A DNA stretch of 50,234 nucleotides. Source: Chromera velia. Lineage: Eukaryota. The notes beneath the pieces were generated by a model. The model made no database searches, was not told the DNA's origin, and worked only from the letters and a program-made list of their open reading frames with translations. The stretch lies in NCBI GenBank assembly GCA_018398765.1, contig JAHBMJ010000337.1, positions 1-50,234 of the forward strand, in the 5' to 3' direction. Of this stretch, positions 13,113 through 25,736 are shown piece by piece; position 1 is the first letter of the stretch, and the number at the start of each line of letters is the position of its first letter. Position numbers and translations under genes: made by a program.

Positions 13113-16100
13113 AAAAGCACAGATGAGACTGACCACTCCCTTCAATCGTTGAAAAAAGAAAGGAGGGCCTAGAAGCCGAAGTCTCCAACTCTGTTTCTGC
13201 ACCCAATTTACCGAGACCCTTTTCCTCCTCTCTTCCAAACAGCGACTGCTGCACAGGCTCCTCTCGCCCTTCGTTTCCAGTGCTTATCCTCCTTTTACCC
13301 TTCTTTCCCAGCTCGCCACCCTTTTCCTTTTTCATCTCACGACGCACAGCTTGATGAAACCGCGCGGCGCTGACTGGGTCCAGAAGCAGCTGCTCTGGCC
13401 CCGGCATTTCCCCCTCCTGCTGCCCCCAGTCGACTGCTATCGCATGAAGCAGGGCTGCAGCCCTACTCGGGAGCACCAAGAGAGGGATGCCCTCCCTGCT
13501 CGTCTCTTCGGAAGATACCGGAGACGTTGTCTGATTTCCAAAACGCACCCCTGTCAGATCATGACCCACCAAGATCGATGTCGTGTCCCTTCCGTCTGTA
13601 ACCCGTCGACGTCCACTACGAGCATTGACGTGGTAGGCGGGACGGAGGGGATACCCAGGCCCTGGGCGGTGCATCTTGGAGTCCTGCAAAGAGGGCGCAG
13701 GAGAAAGAAGCGACAAACACAGAAAGAAGAAACACGCTTAAGTGTACACATGAAGGCGGATGCGATGTCCCTTCACTCACTCAGTCTTCGCCTTTGCTGA
13801 TTCATGTCAAGCAAACCTTCTTTCTTTCTCTGCCTCACCCACCTGCGAGAGTCCAGCAGCCAGAGCGGAAACCAAAAGCGGGTGGGGGCTTCTGTTGGAC
13901 ATTCGGACTGGGGCCTCCAGACGGACCGACACGCCGTACCCGCAGGGCCCTCTCTGTTCCTCTAGAGACACCAAAATCACAGCACACACACTCAAAGGAA
14001 GACTGTACGACAGCCGACGACTATCGGTGTCTAAGACGACCGTCACACGGGTTGTCTTTCCTGTTCGGCACGTCTGGGCAGATGCTGTCCAAAAGTAACA
14101 CGGCTCCTCTGGTCCCTCTCCTTCGGCACCATTCTTCTGCATATGTAGGCAAATGCCAAAAAGCGCCGAGAGGAAAGGAGATGCCGAGCCCTCAGGAGGC
14201 ACGCGCCTGCCCCCAGGCTGCTGAGAGGCGACCCCCCCTTTCCCCTTCCCCCCCTGCCTCCAGCCAGGAAGAAATGCGCCCTCGGACCGCCCCGGTGGGA
14301 GGTTCATTTGCGCCCCCGTCTGCCCACAGCAAAGGGATATCGCAACTCCCGTCAAGTTCTCCACAGAGAAAAACGGACGGAGACTGCAACCCACCACTGT
14401 GCGCTCAACAAGGCCTTCCGTTTGGATGGTCTCTGAGGGCATTGGAGAGTCTGCTGATTGAAGAAGGGGAGCAGTTGCACTCAGGAGACGCAGGGGACAT
14501 GTAAGGAGAAGTTCTGCGGACAAAGAGAGGGAGAGGGAGGATGCTGGTTCGGTTGCGAAGGTAACAGAGCTTTCTCTTTCCCTCCTTTCTTCCCCCGCTA
14601 CGTTCACTCCTCTTTCGTCACCACCCTCTGCCTGCACAGACCCCCTCCGACCCTGAGGGGGCCTCAGGTGGAGTGCACCCAGAGGCAGGCGGTCTGTGCT
14701 CTCACCCTGCGTGCCATGGGGGACTGCACTGAAGTTTGTCGGTCGGGGGAATTCGGAGGAATGCCAAGCGACACCGTCAGGGACCAGAGACAACGGAAGC
14801 TGCTGGTGGCCGTCCGACGAAAACAGACACACACTCCCCCCCCCCGTGACGTGTGCTTGTCCGTGGATGTTTGATGCGGCGGGTGGGGGCGGTTGGCTGC
14901 TGGGAGACGAGACAGACTCTCTCTCACTCAGCCGTCTCCAGTGACGGTCACCTGCAGGCGCCATGAGCTGCTCTGTTCTGCTGCCGTCTCCTTCTGCTGC
15001 CGCCATAATTGCCGCAAGGGACGCAGACGATGGGATGAAATCAAGGAGGGGAACAACACTTGACGGTGCAACGTGAACCGTTCGGTGTCCAACAAGGTCA
15101 ACGTACAAGGGAAGTGGGAGGGCGTTCTCGATCACAAAAGGGGGTCTGAAGGAGACAAGACGCGGAAAGCGAAAGGAATTCGAGGCAACGTCGCTTGACT
15201 GTTTGTGTGTCCCCCCTTCGTGCGGGCTGAGCTGGTCACAGACACACAGAGCAATGCGCCCACCCCACTTGACTTCCTTCTCGGTCTGTCCGACCCTCTC
15301 GCCCACACTGAACGGAACGTACGTTGAGAACCTCTCTCCTGCTGAGTCTATGCGAAGGTATGTCTCTCGCAGGGTGGCCGCAATGTGAGGCGAGGAGTGG
15401 TCGGCACGCAGATGCACTGGAGGAGACCACCCCGGCTGCTGACCCTCTCGAGATTTCTCTTCGCACTGTTGCATCGCAACCGCCTCATTGGTGGAGGCTG
15501 CAATGCGCAGGGCTGCAAGGGAGCGGGACGGGAGGGTGACTCCGATGACAGTACCTGGTGTGCACAGACACGCTGAAGCTGCCTCCTGTGGAGAGACGGT
15601 ACTTTGGTGGTCTATCGATCCATCTAGCCTGACTGAGGAAGAAGAATTTCTGTTCCGCTTCAGAATGGAGGGCATCTTCTCGAGGGGAACCGAATAGACG
15701 ATCGGTCGATCTGCCCCCGTCTCCTTGACGCTGTCCCCTGCCGTCTCTCCCCCCGGGTGCCCCCCTGATCCGCCCACAGCAGGGTCAGCAGAGACCGCGA
15801 GGACAAGGTCGGGCAGTGCGCTCTCGAGGAGAATGGAGGGAAGGAGAAAGACCTCAGTCTGCCCTCCTGGCTGTCGAGGTCTTTCCACAAGCACGTGGGC
15901 ACAGTAGGGGTAGAGGCTCAGCTGACGGCAGAGGATTTTGGGGCTTGGGTCTGCATCGAGGTCGAGCAGATCAAAGCACAGAGAGGGGACTGAGTCCTCA
16001 TTTCCACATTCGACTGTGTTAGAAACTGCAAAGGAGAGCACTTGCCGAGGACGACCGGGGGAGGAATCGAGTGTCAGACTGGAAACGTTCAAAGACGGTC

Positions 16101-19100
16101 GACTGCTGTCTCGTCCGTCAGTCCCCACAGTCGCCGCTGTGGAGGGGAAGAATGTCGCAAAGCTCTCAAAAGCTTCAACTTCCCCGCTCTGCTCCCTGAC
16201 CCAAGCATCTAACTGAGACCGGGTCCGAGTTTGCCCTTTCGAACCTGGAGAGGATAAAGAGGGAGACGCGACCACGCGCTCACTTGAATGCCGTCTTTCC
16301 TCTTCAGACCTCGACACAGCGACCAACGCCGCCATCCCACAACAGACGCGCACGGGAACGGGAAGCAGATTCATCACACGCACGGGGACAGCTTTCTCCT
16401 CTGCATCCGTGTCAGCGTCACCACCACCCATCACTCCACACGCGGCAAGTGCACGGAGAAGCGCAGAGACCCTTGCCGCATCAGTAGTGATGTGCGTCTC
16501 TCCTGGCAGAACAATTCGGATCTGCGTGCATCCAGGCCACACAGGGGCGGCACCGGACAAATGGACGCCACCCCAAAGAGGAACGGGCAAACTGATATTG
16601 TCCCCCTTTCGTATACCTGCTGCAGAGGCAGACGCCCTTCCAGAGGCAGACCGGTCTGCAGGCTGCTGTCTGGACATTTTTGCTAGTGCAAAAAGGAGAG
16701 TCGACTCTTGGAGTAGTCGGAGATGAGCACCGCTCTTCCTGTCAGGCAGGTCGATAGAGAACCTTGGGGAGGAGAAGAAGATTTTCAATCCCCGTCTGTG
16801 GGACGCCAGGAGAAAATCCAGACGCTGGAGAGACAGAAAAGCAAGGGGGTGTTCGATAGACCCTCCCAGAAGTCTTTCAGAAACTAGAGATGCCTGCAGT
16901 GCCTCCTCGACGGAGCATCTGAAGGAGAACAGGGACGAGTTGCCTGCTTTTTGAAGCTTTGGCCGTGCAACGATGCAGGCCAGAAAGGACCCCTGGAGTT
17001 CCCCAGGGGGCATGCAGACCCCGGACAAAAGGGCCTGTAGCGGTCTGTGAGAGGGGGCCCCTGCAGTGGGGGCAGCCGGGGTGGCGGCGCCTGCACCGGA
17101 CGGCGACGACCCTCTGGGCCAGTCGAGAGGTATGGGGGTGCTGCTGTTGATGGCCACAATGAACCTCGTGTAGACGGGGAAGAACGCTGCGGGGTTTCGG
17201 TCTGACGGTCTCTCTAGAGAGGCTTCTGATGTGGAGTGCATGGAGGGAAGAGAGGAGGGAACCTCGATGAAGGAATCCTGGGAGGCATCGAAGGCGTCGA
17301 CTCTGAAGGCAGTAGAGGGGAAAAGAAGGGAATCGGGAGGGAGCAAACCGTCGAGTGAGTGTGGTCCTTCAAAGCGAACTCCTCGTTGGTCTGACAGCCC
17401 CCGTCTGTCGTGAGGAAAGTGCCCCGGCCGCTTCGCAGGAACAAGGGCCAGCGCTACAACGTGCCCAGGGGAGTCCAAACAGACCTGAATCCTCAGCGGA
17501 GGTGCGGACACCCGCCCAGCGAGGGAGGGGTTCAACAGACTAGATGGTTGGGACTGCTGCAGAGCTGTAAGGGGGGCAGCGGTGACTCTGGTTAGGGGAT
17601 CTGCGCCTCCCGGGGGATGTGAGAAGGTGTGCAGGCACACTGCGGGACAGGTGCCGATACCGCCAGACAGAAGGGCTGGGGAGGGACAGGACCCAGCAGC
17701 AGTTATGAGAGGAATGAGGAAGGGAAGGAGCAGGACGGCACTCATGTCTCTTTCAATCACACTTTCGGAAGCTGCATCGTTGATATTTTTTGGACAGTCC
17801 TGCAACCTGCCATCCCCTTCGTCTGTTTTTTGAGTCTCTTCTTCTTGTGGAGACTCAAGAAGAGCCCAAATGACTGCGAGGAGGAACCAGAGCTTTTCCA
17901 TTCCAAACGCTATGCGAAGAGACGGAATGGAGACTGTGAGACTCGTTTCCCCATGGAGTTTCGGAGCCGCCCTCAGATCCCAACACCCCGTTGTGGCAGA
18001 GTGGAGACGCAACCGTGCTGCGAAGGGAGGGAAGAACGGAAGAAGAGGACCCTCTCGATTGGATGCTGTTTGCCCCAGAAGGCAAAATTGTTCTAAAACA
18101 ATATCAACAGACATCGGGACAAGCCAGCCAGTCTGTTCGGACAGTGAGACATCAGACTGACGCACCTTGAAAGGAAGCGCAGAGACTCTGCTGACGTCAT
18201 TCGATCCTGTCCCCCCACACTCTACACCAAGGCGGTCCTCCTCTGCCGCCATGCCAACGGAGAGCCCCCGGGTGTCAGTCTGCCAAAGACCAGACTCTCC
18301 GTTGTAAATATGCAGCGGCCCCCAAGCCCGTCTCTCCGCAATCGTGAGGGACACAGCGGACGAACATGCGACCACACACCTGTCTCCAGAGACGGCAGGG
18401 TCTTCTCTGACCTTCACGCGAAGAGACCAGACTCGAAGTCGGAAGGCCTTAGAGGGGGAGGGGGGCAGACGCCTGCACCCTTTCGCGACTGTCTCTTCTC
18501 CCGTTCTTTCACCGTCTCCCCGCGGCTTGAGAGAGAGACGGAAAAGTGCAGATGGAAGACAAGATGCCAAACGAGTTCTGAATCCCTTTGCGTCCAATTC
18601 GACAGCAACAGCTCCCACTTTCAGGCAGCTTCCCTCTTTCTGCATGATCTCTTCCTGACCCCCCGAGACCCCCTTTGTGTTTCCATCGCCCCCTTCGCCT
18701 ATCCTGACTCCTTTTGAATACTGCACAAACACGAGGACATCCTCACCACCACCCCTCGACAGACGCAAAATCGGGGAACCAAAGAAGTCAGCACAGACTC
18801 CCCGCACCTTCAGCCTAATCTTCACGTCCCCATTTCCATCCCCATCCTCCCCCTTCTCTTCCTCCTCTCCTGTGAAGGCACCCCCACCCTTTGCTCCCTC
18901 ACTCAATTCAAATCCACCCCCCCCTGACGGAAAGACGTCAAGCACAATCTTCTCCAGCCGGCAAGAGAGGCCTGCAACCGCACGGTCACTGCCTAGATCC
19001 CTGCGACCCCCCCCGTCCAGGCCCCAATTCAACGTCAAGGCAGCAACAGTTGACGTCAGCCTGACACCCTCACCTCCCTTCCCATCCCTTTTTGAGTCAA

Positions 19101-22100
19101 AAGTTTGCGCAGACGGTTCGGAGGATGGAGGGCCCATCGCAAGTCGGAATATTGAGAGAGCAGCAATGACTGCTGCCGCGGCATCGAGAGCTTCTTGCGC
19201 GATGCCTACCAGGGGAAGCAAAGAATCACGACACAGGCTGTTCGAGGGCCCACAGAAAAAATTCAATTCCAACACCGAGGTGCTCAAGGCCACCTCGCAA
19301 GGAGCCTTTCTTTCAACGTGTACGTGTGCTGGCTTCAAGAGCACCTCCTGGAGCGGAGGGGCTCCGTTGGTTGGCCCTTCGAGGGCAATTTGGAGGAAGA
19401 GAGACCCCGTGGTGGGCAGCTCGGGGGATGAGGGGGGTTCATGGAGGGAGAGGGAAACGGAGGAAATGGAAGCGACAAGAACACAAGGGGGAGAAGTAAA
19501 AGGAAATTTGAAGGTGACTGAGGAGACAGAAAGAGAAAGCGAGAGTGGAGACGGAGCAACCCTTTTGGTTTCTCTTTCGACATTTGGTCTTTCGATTGAT
19601 CCAGATTCCTCTTCACGCACGTCCGTCTTTCCTTGTCTCGTCTTTCTTCCTCCCTTCTTTCCCCGTGGCAATTCTTGAATCAAAAGAGCCAATGACCGAA
19701 GCAAAGCTTCAGCGAAAGAGGATAAGATCTGAGGAGGCAGCCAGAGACACACAGGAAGAAGGGAGAATTCAATTGAGACACCATGCCGTCTCTTATGCCC
19801 TGACGAGATTTCGCAAGACGTGCTTCCTCTCAAAGCCCCCCCCTCTCTTCCGGCGTCTGCAGACACACAGTCATCGTGGCCGCTATCTCCTGCTGGATTA
19901 CCCTCGACTGCAGAAAACCGAAAGTTGAGCGACCACCGTTCGCCCCTTGTCTCAACAACCCGGCTTCCCACCCTCACGTGACCACTGCGTTGTTGCTGCA
20001 GAGAGGGGGAGGTGGAAGCGAAGGCCGTGCCCCCTCCCTCTGCCTCCTCCTCCATCCACTCAACTAGATGGACCGCCTCTCCACTCTCCTCCCCCCGCAT
20101 TCCAGCAGGGCTCTTCAAGGTAAAAAAGGGGCGACCTGCCTTCACAGAAAAATCAAAACATGGACGTAGTTTAGGCTCAGAGCTGCGCAGGGTGTGAATG
20201 TTTCCATAAATCTCTGGCACTCTCAGATCCAAAAGACGAACGTTCTCGTTCCTCCCCTCAGCTGCTCGTATTGAAAAGCACACGCCCGCGCGAAAGGCGC
20301 AATTCACACAAATGTTTCTGAACAGTCCGGCAGCCCCCCCCTTGTTTCTCTTTTTCTCCGGCCCACCCGCTTTACTCGCCACGCCACCCTTCTCTTGCCC
20401 CCCTTCTCTCCTTTCTTCCTCCCGATATCTCTTTTCTGCCTGTCTCCCTTTCGTGTGTGGAAATCCAAAAAGTTTCAATCCACGCACAACCTGGGCAGCG
20501 GAGGCTGCACAGAGAAGCACACTGACGTCAGAAGACTCAAGTGCAACATCGAGGACATGGATCTCTCCCTCTCGCTCTCTTTCTTTCCCCCCTTCCTGCG
20601 TCTGCCTTCTCTTCAAACTCCGACTGAACTGCAGGTAATCTAGAGCCACTTGCGTCTCGCCCTGTGCGGAAACTTTCAAGTCTTCTAAGGCAATCACCCC
20701 CTGTCTCGAGAATACACGAGGAGTCTGCAGAGAAAGAAGGGCCGTTCCTTCCGGTTTAGACTGTCTCACATCGGACGAGACAGAATCTTCCTCTGATGCC
20801 ACAAAATCAACAGTCCAAGGTCGGACATCTAGAAACACCTCGTTCTCAAGCAAGATACCCTCCAACCACTGATTCGAACTGTGACAGATTTCTTTCTCTC
20901 CTTCTTTTCCAATTTTGTTTTCCCCCAACACAGACTGCTCTCCTCCCCCCTCCTCCTCGCCTCTCTTCTGTGAGGAGAGAAGATGCGAATGAGGAGGGGG
21001 TACAACAACCCTCGTACCTTGCTCTTCCTCTTCTGCCCCCAAGTCCCTTCCTTCCCTTCCCTTGCTCATGTCCTTTGTCATGCCCCCAGCAGCCCCAAAT
21101 TGTTCCGATTCCATAAAGACCATACGAGTCCAGGCAGGCAGGAAAGAGACGGAACCGCCTGACACGGCCATGGAAACAAAGGGGACAAAAACGGAAGAAT
21201 CAACCCCTCTGCCCCCCTCTTCAATGCACAAACACAATCTTTCACACTTGTCTGGAGGGCACGCGAAGCCGAGGCCCAGCTGGGAAGGGGCACGCGTTCC
21301 AAACACGAAGGAAGAAAAGAAAGGAGACGGCAAAGTGAACCCCTGCAAAGAGGGAAAGGATTCCGTTACTTGCCGAGCGAGGGACAAGCCTCTTTTTTCG
21401 GATGCGGAACTCAAAGTGAATCCAAAAATACCGACAGCCGGCGCGCTCGGCGCAACAAAGTGTGTTGCGACAGAGAGGACCGGTTGCAGCAATTTGTTGC
21501 TGCCTTCTTTTTGATGCGTACAAAGAATGCGCACTTCCTTTGGTTCTTGGCCGGCCAGAGCACCCTCCTTCATTCCCGACTCCAAAACCCCCAAGTCCAA
21601 AGCTGCAGAAACAAAACTCAGCAACTCCCCACAACCCCCTGCTGCTTCTGCTGAAGCCCGAGACCCATCAACCGCACAGCGCATGACTGTACAAGCACCA
21701 TGCAGACCCTGTAAAATGACTGCCAGCCTCCCCCTCCTCTCGGTATCTCCCATCTCAACCCCTTCCTTCTCTCCGATTTCCTCCCCTGCCCTCCCTTCCG
21801 TGACTGCAAACAGCCCCCGCACTCTCCGCATTAGCGACGAAAAGAGCCGCGCTGTGCCAGGCACCAAGAACACCCGAGCTTCCCTCAGGGCTGCCTGCAC
21901 AGAGTCCGCCTGCTGGACGGAAAGTTGCGGCTTTTCAGGCGATGAGGCAGGTTCAGGCCTCGCCTCCTGCCCGCTCCCTCCGCTGACGCTTCCCCTTTTC
22001 GGGAGTCTCTGTGCGTCTGTCACTGTCCCACCAAAAAAGTCAACACGTGAGCGTCCCTGCAAATCGAAAGAAAGAAAAAGCGGGAGGGAGAATCACATGA

Positions 22101-25100
22101 GGGCAAACAGATGCACTGGAAAAACGTCTGCTAGAGAGTGCGGGGTTCATGCGACCATCGTTTTTCGACTGCCTGACCGCTTGCCAGACCGCGCAGAGGG
22201 TACTCAAGACAACCAGAGGGACGCCTTCCTGCAGGAGACACAGAGGACACAGGCAAGCAGGATTGTGTGCAGCTTGACATATGCAGGCCGCTCACAGGGA
22301 CAGGATTTGGTTCCCTTCGATCTTCACTTCCTGAAGAAATCGAGCAATTGAACAAAGAGGAAGCAACTCAAAGAGGCACAAAAAAAAGATGCCAGCGACG
22401 CCAGAAGATTTCTTGTATGCTGTCGCTCTTGGAACTTTTTCGGAGCAAAGCAACAGAGGACACCCCCCTTCCCAGCCATGCCCTCTGACGAACCATTTCC
22501 ATAGCCATCCACCCACCTACCCACGAGGCAATCACACGAACTTCTCTTCATTGACTGACCAAAGCAGAACCGAAGCCACCATGGACACCTCCGTGACTGT
22601 CCCTGTGCCCTCTCTCACCCCCGTCTCCGGACCGCTCCACGATGCTCAGACGCAGCGACGCGATTTGCGCCCCCACAGCCAGACGGTCAATTGATGGCTG
22701 CCGAAGTTCATTCTCTGTCCCTGGGAGTATCTCTGGACTGAAGCGTCTCTTCGCCCCCTCTGGCAGGTACGCCGATGCGTTCGCATTGGCCACCGCGTTT
22801 GCTGCTGCCACAGCCGCCGGAATGGTTGAGGGAACGAAGACGACTGACTCGCTGAGCATTGCGGGGAGAATTGCAAACTCAACCTCGTCCGACACGCTCT
22901 GCTTGCTGGCCCTGCGGGGGGCAGAAAGGAGAAGAGAGGACAGGAAGTTAGCCAAGGGGTCAGCAAGGAAGGAAAAAGTGCAGATTTCTGAGCGCTCTTG
23001 GATGTCCATCTCAAAATCTTGACGGTCCTCACAAAGAGGTTCATGAGCATACCATGGAGACATTAGCATACCATTACAGCTCTTAGCGTATGGGACATAC
23101 AAAAAGAGAGCAGCATTCAGTACATAGAAAAGTAAACGAATCCCTGAACAGACAGCATGTTGTTTTGTGGACATTTGCCTCTTCGACCAACCCTATCATT
23201 TCGTTTTCTTCTTTCAAAACCTGAACAGAAGGTGACGGATTGCGCAACCCACCGCAGCATTTCCAGGCGCAGATGCAGCCACTGCTGTGCTCTCTTTGAA
23301 GTTCCACCCAGCCGATCTGAAACATCCACAATAAGAGAAGAGGAGGGAGACCCCACTTGAACCTCCAGGACAACCTCAGGAACAGTGAGAGAAAAATCAA
23401 AAGCAGCCACGCCAAAGGGGGCCTCCAGGTTGGCCTTCGGGGCGTTTGCTGCTCCTGCTGCTGCTGTGGATGTTTTGGACTGGACGCTGAATGTCCTGCT
23501 GGGTCGGGTTCCTAGCCGCTCTCTCTCTTTTTCTCTCTCCGTTTCTCTTTCTGGCTGCCTCTCTCCCACCGACTCCCTCGCAGTAACACCCTGCGGAGGG
23601 GATGCCTGCAGTCCGCCCTGGAGAGGAGGTCGCACAGAAGAGGGGGCGGCACTCTCTCCCGCCTCTATCACCTCCTTGGCGACCTCGAAGAATTCCGCCG
23701 GCAGCGAAACAAGGAGCGGCCCTGTCTGCATACGCTCAAGAAATATAGAGAGGAGGAGAGAGGAAGAGAAGAAGGGAAGGGAAAGCATCGACACCTGAAG
23801 TGACTGCGCGAGCTTGTCCATGAAGCATGGAAACACACAAAGAAGCGAATCCGTATGAAACAGCAGAAAGTTTCTCTTTCAATCTATCTGTTTGCCCTCG
23901 TCCGTCTCTCTTGTGACTCTGTCCTCCCCCCTTCCCTCGAGATTGTTATCCATTTCTCCTACCCAACCGCCGGACTGACCTGGACGCTTAGACGGCAGGC
24001 GTGAGTCCCATCTTGATCTGTCGCCCCCCCAGACCCCTGCAGGCAGGCAGCAAGCAGGAATCGAATCGCACGTGCAACAGACGGACTCTTTCTTTCTGTC
24101 TTGGTCTCTTTGTGGTCTTCTGCCCATCTGTCTGCATGTTTCTCGCTCCATTATTCTTTTTCGCCCAGGGTGTTGACAGAGCTTGTCTCGAAACAAAAGA
24201 AACAGAATCGAGAAGGGCTGGGCGAGGACTGACAGACTCAAAAGCGGTGATGAAAAAGGGCAATTCATCCGAAGCCGGTATGAAGACAGAAGTTGTCTGC
24301 CATCGACTTTTACAGACCAAAAAAGAGTAAGAAAGACAGGAGGCAAAGAGAGAGGGGGGAAAGCAGGGGGGGTAAGAAAACCATCCAGGGATGTGAAAAA
24401 AAAATTGCTGAGAGAGGACCCATCGAGACTTTGCAGAATCTCAGATTGAGGCCCGTGGTAAACAGCCGACGAACGAATTCTGTAAGAATCTGAACCAAGC
24501 GACGGGAGTGACTGTTCACTCCAAGACTGTTCTATCTATCTATCTATCTATCTGTCTGTCGGTCGGTCGATCGTTCCATATTTCTGTCTTGCTTTCTTGC
24601 TTTCTTTGTTCTCTTTTCTTTTCTTTTCTGCCCGCTTACTCCCTTCCCTCTGCCCACTCCTTGCCATCTACCCACCCTGTGAAGGTCTCTTTGCCTGTGC
24701 ATTTTCCTCCTCACTCTTTCCACCTGAAGACGCTGCTCCTTCACGACCAGAAGTCCTGCGTTCATCCACGCATACATGCAGCAAATCAAACAACAGACAA
24801 ACTGTTTTATCCCATTGCTCTCTTCTCCCTTCTGTCAGACAGGCAGACAGGCAGGCACAGTATCCGTTATCGATTCCCCGGCATGGGACTTTGCGAGTGT
24901 CGTTCAACACAGCAACACAAAAGACGCACAATCTGCCTTTCGGGCCTGCAATGTGTGAGAGCCATGCAGCACTGCGTAAAAGGGGCATATGCTGTCCTTC
25001 GGGGCTGATGACTGAGCCAGAATTTGAGACTGTCGACCATTTGGCAATCCGCAGTGACGCAAACACATAGATCACATCCCAAGGATGCACGTATGTGAAG

Positions 25101-25695
25101 AAATTGGGCACTTAGACTCATGAACGCAGAAAGAAAGACGGTACAGCAAAGAACTCAATTCAGAAAGACCCACCGAGTCGTACTGCAGCCTCTGCAACTA
25201 TCTCGACTTCTGCTCCCGACATTTTCGTTACATTTGTTGTCGGCTGAGGGACCGAATCCTCCAGTTCAACAGTCATCTCCCCTCCCTTCGGCACCCCCCG
25301 TCCATCTCCAGGCGTTGCCCCGTCTGCCCCCACCTGCTCCGACCTGTCCCTCACAGCCGCAGGAGAGTAGAGAAATTCGTTTGGGGACGCATCGAGTGAA
25401 TGGGGGGGCAGAGAGGTCGATTTCGCTTGAGCAGCGGGAAGGGAGGGTGACCCCTGCAGATGGCTGGAGGAGTTGCCGGTGAGAGGACGGGCCGCAGCAG
25501 AGGAGGAGCTGATCGTGCGGACCCTGTTGCTGTCCTTCGCCCTCCCGAAGGAGCACACGGTCAGGGTTTTGTTGACAGAAGCCTCCACCTTGCGGATCTG
25601 CAGTGAGACCTCCGGGGGCCCTGCAAAGAAGGAAAGAAGGGGAAAGGAGGGCAAAGATGCAAAGAAAGAAGAGTCATTGTCGAGAGGGGAACACA

Positions 25696-25736
<41 letters not shown>

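Noticed and set aside
13351..22351. Plus-strand ORFs (e.g. 18677..19678, 21527..22351, 13794..14504) as separate genes
   Set aside because: They are antisense shadows of GC-rich VPS13B exons with no recognisable domains.
23157..23260. Possible non-canonical GC donor in VPS13B
   Set aside because: A canonical donor (ctgcg|gtgggt, ~23252) joins in phase to the acceptor at ~22912 (ccgcag|g gcc agc aag), so no GC-AG intron is needed.
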